Part shown: positions 1 through 8,719 of the stretch, piece by piece
Layout: every line of letters starts with the position of its first letter
Position numbering within the stretch: position 1 is the stretch's first letter
NCBI GenBank assembly: GCA_050953065.1
Contig: JBMNLZ010000001.1
Location: 160,001 to 224,000 of the forward strand
DNA: 64,000 nt
Source: Bacilli bacterium
Lineage (GTDB): Bacteria; Bacillota_I; Bacilli_A; ML615J-28; CAG-698
Direction: 5' to 3'
Notes under the pieces: model-generated
The model's input: the letters and a program-made list of their open reading frames with translations, nothing else
Database searches by the model: none
Told to the model about the DNA's origin: nothing
Made by a program: the position numbers and the translations under genes

Positions 1-577
1 ACGTAATCTCTAAAAGAGGAATAATAAAAGTATTATAAAATGACATAGCTAAATTATCAATTAAAGTTTTAGCAATCGCTACTAGTATTGCATATACCAT
101 TAAACCTAAAGCATCATCAAATGCTACAACTGGTAATAAGGCATCAGTTACTGGTCCTTGAGCTTTATATTGTCTTACTACAAGCAATGTTGCAGCTGGA
201 GCTGTTGCTGTAGCAATTGCTCCTAAAACTAAAGCTAATGCAAGAGGAACTTTAAAAATTATTAGGCCTACTATAACAAAAAAAGCTGCTGCTAAAGCTT
301 GTATTACAGTGATAACAACAATTTTTCCACCGATAGCTTTAATATTTGATAGTTTGAACTCGCCTCCAATTGAAAAAGCTACAAATCCAAGTGCAATTGG
401 AATTAAAATTTTTAAACTTTCTATATTCTCTAATGTAACAAAATTTAAACAATACGGTCCAATAAGTACACCAGCTATTAAATAGCCAGTTACATTAGGC
501 AAATTAAAAATCTTTACTATTCTTGTAAGAAGCAAGCCAGACACTAAAATTAATGTTAAAACAAGTATAATATTCAT
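1..577 (-). CDS. Cation:proton antiporter (Na+/H+ exchanger family), 3' end outside window
   Basis: Not in ORF track. Manual translation from ATG at 577: MNIILVLTLILVSGLLLTRIVKIFNLPNVTGYLIAGVLIGP...GAIATATAPAAT...VVAFDDALG; LPxVTGYLIAG, TAPAAT and DD motifs of CPA antiporters. Confidence 0.88.
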   Translation of the reverse strand, partial: MNIILVLTLILVSGLLLTRIVKIFNLPNVTGYLIAGVLIGPYCLNFVTLENIESLKILIPIALGFVAFSIGGEFKLSNIKAIGGKIVVITVIQALAAAFFVIVGLIIFKVPLALALVLGAIATATAPAATLLVVRQYKAQGPVTDALLPVVAFDDALGLMVYAILVAIAKTLIDNLAMSFYNTFIIPLLEIT

Positions 578-913
578 TTATATATCAATTCCTTCTACAA
601 AAGAAATTGGAAATGCGTACATAAAACCTTTTGATTTAATTCCATCTAAAGTTTCATTAACTAATTTTTTTAAAACATTAATTTTTTCTTCATTTTTTAA
701 AATTATAAACAAAGCAGGGTGTTGCGGAGGATTACTGTCAACTATTTTACTTAAACTACCAAATATAGGGGCTGGTTCATCTTGAGAACTAAGCAACGAA
801 CTCCTTAATCCTTGAGTTGGCAACATACTACCTCTATACCCATTTTCATAAACTGTTTTCATTAATTTGTGCATGTTTTCATTACTATAAAGTATCGTTA
901 CAAATATATACAT
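578..913 (-). CDS. P-II-like small regulatory protein coupled to the antiporter
   Basis: Start revised to ATG 913 (AGGAAGGTGA SD); ~111 aa with PIFGSL loop and C-terminal GFMYAFPISFVEG; stop abuts antiporter ATG. Confidence 0.65.
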   Translation of the reverse strand: MYIFVTILYSNENMHKLMKTVYENGYRGSMLPTQGLRSSLLSSQDEPAPIFGSLSKIVDSNPPQHPALFIILKNEEKINVLKKLVNETLDGIKSKGFMYAFPISFVEGIDI

Positions 914-1050
914 ATCAATCACCTTCCTAACGATAATTATACTACTAAAACGACCTTTTTTCAATGCTAAGATTTCTTTATTAGGTAGTTATTTTCTTGA
1001 TTTAATTATAAAAATATTGTAAAATAATTAAGATAGATGGAGAAGAACTA

Positions 1051-2877
1051 ATGATTAATAAAAATGAACTTTTAAAACAACAACAATTCATACGAAATTT
1101 TTGTATTATTGCACACATAGATCATGGTAAATCTACGTTAGCAGATAGAATCATTGAAATGACTCAAACTGTAAGTTCAAGAGAAATGAAAGATCAATTA
1201 CTTGATTCAATGGATATAGAAAGAGAAAGAGGCATAACGATTAAATTAAACGCTATTGAGCTTTATTATAAATCAAAAAAAGGCGAAACATATACTTTCC
1301 ATTTAATCGATACTCCAGGACATGTTGACTTTGCTTACGAAGTATCACGTTCACTTGCAGCTTGTGAAGGTGCTATCTTAGTAATTGATGCTGCACAAGG
1401 TATCGAAGCACAAACTTTAGCAAATGCATATTTAGCAATTGATAACAATCTTGAAATAATTCCTCTAATTAATAAAATAGATTTACCAAGTGCTGATATA
1501 GAATACGTTAAAGAAGAAATTGAAACAATTATAGGGTTAGACTCTTCTAGGGCTATTTTAGCTAGTGCTAAACAAGGCATAGGAATAGAAGATTTATTAG
1601 AAGAAATTATCGTTAGAATACCAGCTCCTAAAGGGGATCCAAGCGCTCCACTACAAGCCTTAATATTTGATTCATATTATGACCAATATAGAGGTGTAAT
1701 TCCATTAATAAGAATAGTTAATGGAACTGTACAAAAAGGTGATATTATTTATATGATGTCAACTAATACATCTTTTGAAGTTATAGAAGTAGGTATTTAT
1801 AATCCTACTGAAGTTAAAAAACCTTTTCTTACTACTGGAGATGTAGGTTATATTGTTGCAAATATTAGAGATATTCAATATGTTAGAGTTGGAGATACGA
1901 TAACAGATGTTAATAATAAAGCAGCCAAACCTTTACCTGGATATAGAGTACTTAATCCAATGGTTTATTGTGGTATGTTTCCGGTGGATAATGCAAAATA
2001 TCAAGACTTACATGATGCTTTAGATAAATTAAAACTGAATGATGCTTCTTTAGTTTATGAATTAGAAACTTCTCAAGCATTAGGTTTTGGGTTTAGAGTT
2101 GGTTTTTTAGGAATGTTACATATGGATATAATTCAAGAAAGAATCGAAAGAGAATTTGGATTAGACTTAATAGCTACCGCTCCAAGCGTAATTTATAAAG
2201 TTTGTTTAGAAAATGGCTCTATAATAAACATAGATAACCCTTCAAAATTACCAGATTCCAATAAAATCAAATATATTGAAGAACCTTATGTTAAAGCTAG
2301 CATAATGACTCCTAATGAATATGTTGGAAGTGTTATGGAACTTTGCCAAAACAAACGTGGAATATATATAGATTTGAAATATCTTGATGCAAATCGAGTT
2401 GAAGTAATGTATGAAGTTCCATTATCTGAAATCATTTTTGATTTTTTTGACAAATTAAAATCCTACACTAAAGGTTATGCTTCCCTTGATTACCAACTTT
2501 CTAAATATAGACAATCAAACCTTGTAAGAATGGATATTTTACTAAATGGTGAAAAAATAGATGCTTTAAGTGTTATCATCCATAAAGATTTTGCTTATAA
2601 AAGAGCAACAGTAATCACTAGTAAATTAAAAAAATTAATACCTAGACAACTTTTTGAAATACCTGTACAAGCCGCTATTGGAAATAAAATAATAGCTAGA
2701 TGTAATATTAAAGCGGTGCGTAAAGATGTACTTGCTAAATGTTATGGTGGGGATATAAGTCGAAAAAAGAAATTGCTTTCTAAACAAAAGGAAGGGAAAA
2801 AAAGAATGAAATCAGTTGGAAGCGTCGAAATTCCACAATCTGCTTTTCTTTCAGTACTATCAATTGATGATGACTGA
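1051..2877 (+). CDS. lepA: Elongation factor 4
   Basis: [29 protein letters not shown]-terminal [14 protein letters not shown]. Confidence 0.98.
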   Translation: MINKNELLKQQQFIRNFCIIAHIDHGKSTLADRIIEMTQTVSSREMKDQLLDSMDIERERGITIKLNAIELYYKSKKGETYTFHLIDTPGHVDFAYEVSRSLAACEGAILVIDAAQGIEAQTLANAYLAIDNNLEIIPLINKIDLPSADIEYVKEEIETIIGLDSSRAILASAKQGIGIEDLLEEIIVRIPAPKGDPSAPLQALIFDSYYDQYRGVIPLIRIVNGTVQKGDIIYMMSTNTSFEVIEVGIYNPTEVKKPFLTTGDVGYIVANIRDIQYVRVGDTITDVNNKAAKPLPGYRVLNPMVYCGMFPVDNAKYQDLHDALDKLKLNDASLVYELETSQALGFGFRVGFLGMLHMDIIQERIEREFGLDLIATAPSVIYKVCLENGSIINIDNPSKLPDSNKIKYIEEPYVKASIMTPNEYVGSVMELCQNKRGIYIDLKYLDANRVEVMYEVPLSEIIFDFFDKLKSYTKGYASLDYQLSKYRQSNLVRMDILLNGEKIDALSVIIHKDFAYKRATVITSKLKKLIPRQLFEIPVQAAIGNKIIARCNIKAVRKDVLAKCYGGDISRKKKLLSKQKEGKKRMKSVGSVEIPQSAFLSVLSIDDD

Positions 2878-4003
2878 ACATCCGAATGTAAAAGGGCTTT
2901 ATATTCACATACCTTTTTGTAATAAGATATGTAATTATTGTGATTTTTTTAAAATAGTAGCTAGTGAAAAATTTATTAATGAATATTGCAAATATTTAAT
3001 TAAAGAACTTGAATCAAAAAAAGAATTTTTTAAAAAATTAAAAACTATTTATATTGGTGGTGGGACACCCAGTTCTTTAAGTAAAGAAAATCTAAGTAGA
3101 ATTTTCGAAAAATTACAAGAAATAATTGATTTTAATAACATTATTGAATTTACTATAGAAGCAAACCCTCTTGACATCACCTTATCTTTTTTAGACCTAC
3201 TAATAGTAAATAAAGTTACCAGATTAAGCATTGGCGTTCAAAGTTTTGACAATTACAAATTATCTGTACTAGGAAGAAAACATACCTTTAATGATTTATT
3301 TAAAATGTTTAATTTATTAAGAAAGAAAAAACTTAAAATTAGTTGTGATTTAATTTATGGTTTAAAAAAAGATAATTTTAAAAACTTTAAAAAAGACATA
3401 GTTTATCTGCTAAAAAATAGAGTAAAGCATATTTCCTTATACGCACTATCTTTGGAGGAAAAAACAATTTTTATGAAAGAATTTGAAAAAAAGAATTTTG
3501 AAATTCTTTCAGATGATGATTTATTTAAAATATATCAAAAATCTAGCAATTTTTTAAAGAAAAAGGGATTTATTCACTATGAAATCAGTAATTTTGGAAA
3601 GAAAGAACATTTTTCTGAACATAATTTACTCTATTGGAATAATGAAAATTACCTTGGAATTGGTTGTGCTGCAAGTTCTCATCTTGATTTAGTTAGATAT
3701 ACAAATCCTAAAAAATTTAAAGATTACTATGAAATAATAGAGTTTAATTCTTCAAAATACTACGAATATGAAAACTTAACAGTAGAAGAATCAATGAAAG
3801 AAGAAGTAATCTTAAATTTAAGAAAAAGAACTGGTATAGATACAGTAGCTTTTTATAATAAATATAAAAAAAATATATTTATGATATTTCCTAATATAAA
3901 TAAAATCATTCAGGAAAAATTATTAACATATAAAAATAATCACATTTTTATCCCTGAATCAAAATTTTATATCTCAAATTATATTATAAATATGATTATT
4001 TAA
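2867..4003 (+). CDS. hemW: Radical SAM heme chaperone HemW (HemN-like)
   Basis: YIHIPFC-xxx-Cx[16 protein letters not shown]; follows lepA; start revised to ATG 2867 overlapping the lepA end. Confidence 0.88.
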   Translation: MMTEHPNVKGLYIHIPFCNKICNYCDFFKIVASEKFINEYCKYLIKELESKKEFFKKLKTIYIGGGTPSSLSKENLSRIFEKLQEIIDFNNIIEFTIEANPLDITLSFLDLLIVNKVTRLSIGVQSFDNYKLSVLGRKHTFNDLFKMFNLLRKKKLKISCDLIYGLKKDNFKNFKKDIVYLLKNRVKHISLYALSLEEKTIFMKEFEKKNFEILSDDDLFKIYQKSSNFLKKKGFIHYEISNFGKKEHFSEHNLLYWNNENYLGIGCAASSHLDLVRYTNPKKFKDYYEIIEFNSSKYYEYENLTVEESMKEEVILNLRKRTGIDTVAFYNKYKKNIFMIFPNINKIIQEKLLTYKNNHIFIPESKFYISNYIINMII

Positions 4004-4011
4004 GGAGAAAT

Positions 4012-4908
4012 ATGTTAGAAAATCTATTTTCAGAATATAAATATTACCTAGAAGGTGAAAGCAATTTAAGTATAAGCTCTATAAAATCTTACTTAAAAGA
4101 CGTATCTCAATATACAACTTATTTATCAAAGTACCGTAATATATCTTTCCCTGAAAAAATTACAGTTGATGACATAAGATCGTTTTTAGGTAGTCTAAAT
4201 CGAAAAGGGCTTTCTAGTTTATCTCAAGCACGGAAAATTTCAAGTATTAAATCATTTCATAAATTCTTGATGCTTGAAAAAATTACTTCTACAAATGTTG
4301 CTAAATTAATCTCTAACCCTAAAATCGAGAAAAAACTCCCTGTAACGTTTTCTATACAAGAAATTGATTTGCTTTTAGAACAATTTAAACCTGATTCTCC
4401 TTTAGGTATAAGAGATAGAGCTGTTGTAGAGTTGCTTTATTCATCAGGATTAAGAATTTCAGAATTAGTAAATTTAAAGTTAGAGGACCTACATTTGGAA
4501 CTTAATTTTATTAAAATTACTGGAAAAGGGAACAAAGAAAGGATTGTTCCTGTGGGCGAAATTGCGATAGATTATTTAAACAAATATTTATCTGAATCAA
4601 GACCTTTTTTAAACAAAAAACATAATAACTGGGTATTTCTTAGTAAAAATGGTAGTCAAATTAACAGACAAACCATTTTTACTACCTTAAAAGAAAAAGC
4701 AAAACAAGCAAATTTAAGCGAATCCATCTCACCACACAAACTTAGACATTCTTTTGCATCACATTTACTAGAACAAGGGACCGATTTAAGATTAATTCAA
4801 GAACTTTTAGGACATGAAGATATTTCAACGACTGAAATATATACTCATGTAAATGATTCAAAATTGAAAGAAACTTATTTAAAATCACATCCAAGGTCTA
4901 AAAAATGA
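4012..4908 (+). CDS. xerD: Chromosomal tyrosine recombinase XerD/RipX
   Basis: LYSSGLRISEL, GKGNKER, HKLRHSFASHLL, LLGHEDISTTEIYTH; ripX-drm synteny as in Bacilli. Confidence 0.88.
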   Translation: MLENLFSEYKYYLEGESNLSISSIKSYLKDVSQYTTYLSKYRNISFPEKITVDDIRSFLGSLNRKGLSSLSQARKISSIKSFHKFLMLEKITSTNVAKLISNPKIEKKLPVTFSIQEIDLLLEQFKPDSPLGIRDRAVVELLYSSGLRISELVNLKLEDLHLELNFIKITGKGNKERIVPVGEIAIDYLNKYLSESRPFLNKKHNNWVFLSKNGSQINRQTIFTTLKEKAKQANLSESISPHKLRHSFASHLLEQGTDLRLIQELLGHEDISTTEIYTHVNDSKLKETYLKSHPRSKK

Positions 4909-4918
4909 AAGGATTTAT

Positions 4919-6100
4919 ATGTATAAAAGAATATTTTTGATAGTTTTAGATTCTTTAGGCGTTGGTGCTTTACCAGATGCTGATTTATATGGTGATTCTA
5001 ATACTAATACTTTGAAAAATTTAAGTTTTTCAAAAAAAGATTTTAATATACCTAATCTTTTTAAATTAGGAATAGGATCAATAACTAAAGTTAATAATAC
5101 TCCTTTAAATAGTGTTCCCGTTGCATCTTTTGGGAAAATGAACGAAGCAAGTTATGGAAAAGATACCTTAACAGGGCACTGGGAATTAATGGGAATTATC
5201 ACAAAAACCCCCTTTAAAGTCTTTGATAAAGAAGGTTTTCCAAAAGAATTAATCAAAACTATTGAAAAAATCTCTGGTTTTAAATTAATTGGTAATTATG
5301 CATCTAGTGGCACTGAAATTATAGAGGTTTTAGGCGAACAACATATAAAAACTAAAAAACCAATTATTTACACATCTGTAGATTCTGTTTTACAAATAGC
5401 TGCACATGAAGAGATTTTCGGTTTGGAAAATTTATATAAATTGTGTGAAATTTCTAGAAAAATAACGCTAGAAAATCCTAAATGGAAAGTCGGTCGAATA
5501 ATAGCTAGACCTTTTTTAGGTGATAAACCTGGACATTTTTATAGAACGCCTAATAGAAGGGATTATTCAGTATCTCCACCAGAAACAACTGTCCTAGATA
5601 TTTTGAAAAATAACGATTATGATGTTATTTCTATAGGTAAAATTAGCGATATTTTTAATAATCGAGGAATAACTAAAAAAATCAAAACTAAATCAAATGA
5701 TGATGGAATAAATAAGCTAATAGAAATTCAAAAAAAAGATTTTACAGGCTTATGTTTTGTTAATTTAGTTGACTTTGATGCAAATTATGGACATAGAAGA
5801 GATGCATATGGATATGCTTTAGCTATGGAAGCTTTTGACAAAAAACTAAGCGAAATTTTTAAAAACTTACTATCGGATGATTTAATTATCTTCACTGCTG
5901 ATCATGGAAATGATCCAACACACGACGGAACTGATCATACTAGGGAATATGTCCCTCTATTAGTATATGGAAAAAAAGTAAGAAATATTAATTTAGGAAC
6001 AAGAGAAAGTTTTGCTGATGTGGGGGCTACCATCTTAGAGAACTTTAAACTTTCTGATTCTAAAAAAGGAAAAAGTTTCCTTAATGACATAAAAAAATAA
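4919..6100 (+). CDS. deoB: Phosphopentomutase
   Basis: LIVLDSLGVG, GKDTLTGHWE, NLVDFDANYGHRRD, TADHGNDP. Confidence 0.96.
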   Translation: MYKRIFLIVLDSLGVGALPDADLYGDSNTNTLKNLSFSKKDFNIPNLFKLGIGSITKVNNTPLNSVPVASFGKMNEASYGKDTLTGHWELMGIITKTPFKVFDKEGFPKELIKTIEKISGFKLIGNYASSGTEIIEVLGEQHIKTKKPIIYTSVDSVLQIAAHEEIFGLENLYKLCEISRKITLENPKWKVGRIIARPFLGDKPGHFYRTPNRRDYSVSPPETTVLDILKNNDYDVISIGKISDIFNNRGITKKIKTKSNDDGINKLIEIQKKDFTGLCFVNLVDFDANYGHRRDAYGYALAMEAFDKKLSEIFKNLLSDDLIIFTADHGNDPTHDGTDHTREYVPLLVYGKKVRNINLGTRESFADVGATILENFKLSDSKKGKSFLNDIKK

Positions 6101-6121
6101 AATATATTTAATCAGCAATAA

Positions 6122-6194
6122 TAGAGAGCTCGTACAAAACGATTATCTTTTTAAATGGGCAAATTATAAAGTTAAAGTTTTCTAACAGCCTCTA
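6122..6194. repeat. ~73-bp imperfect palindromic mini-element (MITE/REP-like)
   Basis: Left end TAGAGAGCTCGTACAAAAC vs reverse complement of right end TAGAGGCTGTTAGAAAAC; contains GATTATCTTTTT shared with the inverted repeat at 6711/7625. Confidence 0.45.
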
Positions 6195-6261
6195 ATCAGC
6201 CTTTTTTCAGGCGTTTTTCTCAAAAAAACTAATATTTTTAATAAATAATCGGAGGAATATA

Positions 6262-6678
6262 ATGAAAAGTTTTAGAAAAGAATTGATTATTAACACAGCA
6301 AGTAGAAGAACTTTTATTAATATAACTAGGCAAGTAAATGATGCACTTAAAGAAAGCCAAATTAAAGAAGGTATTTTGCTATGTAACGCAATGCACATAA
6401 CTGCTAGTGTTTTCATAAATGATGATGAATCTGGTCTCCATCAGGATTTTGAAGTTTGGCTAGAAAAATTAGCTCCTGAAAAACCATATTCACAATATAA
6501 ACATAATAGCTATGAAGACAACGGAGATGCACATCTAAAAAGATCTGTTATGGGAAGAGAAGTTGTTGTTGCTATTACTAATGGAGAATTAGATTTTGGT
6601 CCATGGGAACAAATTTTTTATGGTGAGTTTGATGGTAAAAGAAACAAAAGAATTCTTATTAAAATCATAGGGGAATAA
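6262..6678 (+). CDS. YjbQ/UPF0047 family protein
   Basis: [30 protein letters not shown]; GGAGG SD. Confidence 0.92.
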   Translation: MKSFRKELIINTASRRTFINITRQVNDALKESQIKEGILLCNAMHITASVFINDDESGLHQDFEVWLEKLAPEKPYSQYKHNSYEDNGDAHLKRSVMGREVVVAITNGELDFGPWEQIFYGEFDGKRNKRILIKIIGE

Positions 6679-6710
6679 TAAAAAACGCCCTAAAACAAGG
6701 CGAAAAGTGT

Positions 6711-6736
6711 TCTGTGAGAAGATTATCTTTTTTAAG
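6711..6736 (+). repeat. 26-bp inverted repeat, left copy
   Basis: TCTGTGAGAAGATTATCTTTTTTAAG; 25/26 identical to the reverse complement of 7625-7650. Confidence 0.9.
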
Positions 6737-6866
6737 ATAGTGAATTATACATAACCTTTTTATAAGAGACTTATATACATAACTTTAAAATAAATTTTAT
6801 CTTTTTTTATTTTAATAATTTAAAATATTAAACGAAGTAATTATTTGATTCATAAAAATAATTCCT

Positions 6867-6892
6867 AACTGCTTTCAAAAGCAGTTTTTTTT
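6867..6892 (+). terminator. Intrinsic terminator
   Basis: AACTGCTT-tcaa-AAGCAGTT stem followed by a T-run. Confidence 0.7.
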
Positions 6893-7341
6893 ATTTTTTT
6901 ATTATATCCATTTTTATATATAGAAGAAGATTTATTTTTTTAAAGAAAATTTACAAGTTTAAAATTCTTTAAAAACTAAACTTATTCAATTTAAAAAGGA
7001 TAGCGTTATCTAAAGTCATTATATAAACATTGATATATAAAAAGATATTCGCTGGAATATAGAAAAAAACAAAGTTATGACAACAATAATGTTAAATTAA
7101 CTTTAAAAACTGTTTTATTAATTATCATATTAACATACTCAAATCCTAATATGGCTATATTTAACGCTCTTCAAGTTGTTCTGCATCATAAAACATCACT
7201 TATAAAAGTACTCATTCGCTTAAAGCGAGATTTTTTTAACAAAAAAACCACAATATTAACTTTTTTAAAAAAGCCCAAAAAGCAAGTTATCAACAGTTAT
7301 CAACGGTTGTTATTTATTAGCGTTTTACGTACATTATTCTT

Positions 7342-7369
7342 ATTTAACATAATATATATTATAGGAAGT
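7342..7369 (-). other. dif: dif site (chromosome dimer resolution)
   Basis: Minus strand ACTTCCTATAA-TATATA-TTATGTTAAAT: left arm near-identical to the Bacillus dif XerC(CodV) arm, right arm equal to the canonical XerD arm TTATGTTAAAT; located in a non-coding gap at the gene-orientation switch. Confidence 0.93.
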
Positions 7370-7624
7370 TGAATAAGAATCAAAACGAACTAAGAATTAA
7401 AGGCAGAATATGTGACTTTAACTAAATCAATACTTATTCTTCTATTGCTTTAGTTATGCTTTATAATGGGTGTTTTTCCCCCTAGAATCGATTTTAATAG
7501 TTTTTATCAATATAATTACGAACTATATATATTACCAAAATAAGCAATTTTTTAAGTTTGTTTTTTTCATGCTTATATAGGATATATAAAGTTTGTTTAA
7601 ACCTTTTTAATTTACTTCCCATTG

Positions 7625-7650
7625 CTTAAAAAAGATAATCCTCTCACAGA
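7625..7650 (-). repeat. 26-bp inverted repeat, right copy
   Basis: Minus strand TCTGTGAGAGGATTATCTTTTTTAAG. Confidence 0.9.
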
Positions 7651-7685
7651 GCGAACAAATTTTATAAGTTTGTTTGAAATATAAA

Positions 7686-7711
7686 AAAATAGGGATTTTT
7701 TCCCCTATTTT
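7686..7711 (-). terminator. Intrinsic terminator of the parE-parC-fic unit
   Basis: AAAATAGGG...CCCTATTTT hairpin overlapping the stop, with a T-run on the minus strand. Confidence 0.65.
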
Positions 7712-8710
7712 AATTTTCTCCATTTTGCGGATCTGCCTTTACCTATCGGCTTGATTACTCCAGCCTCTTTCATTTTAATCAAACTTCTATTTATAGTAGA
7801 TTCGCTAATGTATGGATAGAGTTCTCTCAAATCGTCTTTTGAAAAAATGCTCCCCATATTTAAAATACTGTTTTCTAAATTTTCTGACTTGTTCATCCTA
7901 CGGTCAAACTCATAATTTTTAACCAACTCTTCAGTTTGTTTGTATGCTGCAAGCGACAAATTTAAAATAAAGTTAACAAAAACAATCGGCTGTGCATAAC
8001 CTTCTTTCCAATTAAAACTAGCATCTTTTAAATTGTTCTCATAATCATCAAAATTATCAAGTAGTAACTCAAAAAAACTAACATATTTAAATGCATTAAC
8101 TTCGCTTTTTAAAACCGTCAAATATAGTAATAAATAAGCTATTGTTTCATTTTTATCAGTAAAAGGAGCTAAATTATAAAAATCTATAAAATAATGAGTA
8201 TATAAAATAATAGATTCAACTGTAGATTTTTGAATGTTTTCAGTTAGAAAATCATGATATGAGTTTAACATGGAACGCTTATTTACCATTTCTTGGCTTT
8301 TTAAAGATATTCTTTTGCTAGAGGCCATCATAGCATATTTTATTTCAGATTTATATATATAATTAACCATATTTAGTAAATCATTGCTTTGAATAGCTAC
8401 TGTGTTAGTTTTTTTTTTGACAAATCGTGATTATTTCTTTTAAATTATATAATATAGATTCTTCTTTGTTTCTAGGATGAGAATCTTTAGTAATAATTAG
8501 TCTCATTCTTTGATCACTAATATTTAATTTTAACAATACAGCCAAAAAATATGTGTCTTTTTCAATAGTAGCTTCTACTGCTTTATCATTGTCACTTCTC
8601 AACACGTCTTCATAGTGTTTGTTTTTCCCAATGCATTTATAAACTTGAGCAATATTATAAATTACATCGTTTGGAATTATTAATCGATTTATATTTTCTA
8701 TAGAACTCAT
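7705..8710 (-). pseudogene. Fic-fold protein with degenerate active site and C-terminal winged helix; split by +1 frameshift in an A10 tract
   Basis: ORFs 8405-8710 and 7705-8370 join into one 334-aa frame if one A is removed from 8409-8418; Fic motif region reads LAPFTDKNETIA; C-terminal FSKDDL...ISESTINRSL...GKGRSAKW. Confidence 0.78.
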
Positions 8711-8719
8711 TTTTTCCTC

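Noticed and set aside
2867-4003. HemW radical SAM as maturase for the YxxP peptides
   Set aside because: Canonical lepA-linked HemW with no RRE or SPASM domain, 10 kb away
4012-4908. Tyrosine recombinase as a prophage/ICE integrase
   Set aside because: Embedded in the lepA-hemW-xer-deoB housekeeping operon with ripX-drm synteny; no att repeats or mobile cargo
6812-6853. Tiny minus-strand ORF MNQIITSFNILNY as a transposase relic inside the inverted repeats
   Set aside because: Only 13 codons with no recognisable transposase motif; unsupported
7151-7372. 73-aa + strand ORF in the terminus gap
   Set aside because: No SD, no recognisable motif, and it overlaps the dif site; likely a chance ORF in AT-rich DNA
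6679-7704. CRISPR array or oriC in the 1-kb gap
   Set aside because: No regularly spaced direct repeats; only two imperfect DnaA-like boxes, no dnaA, and flanking genes converge rather than diverge
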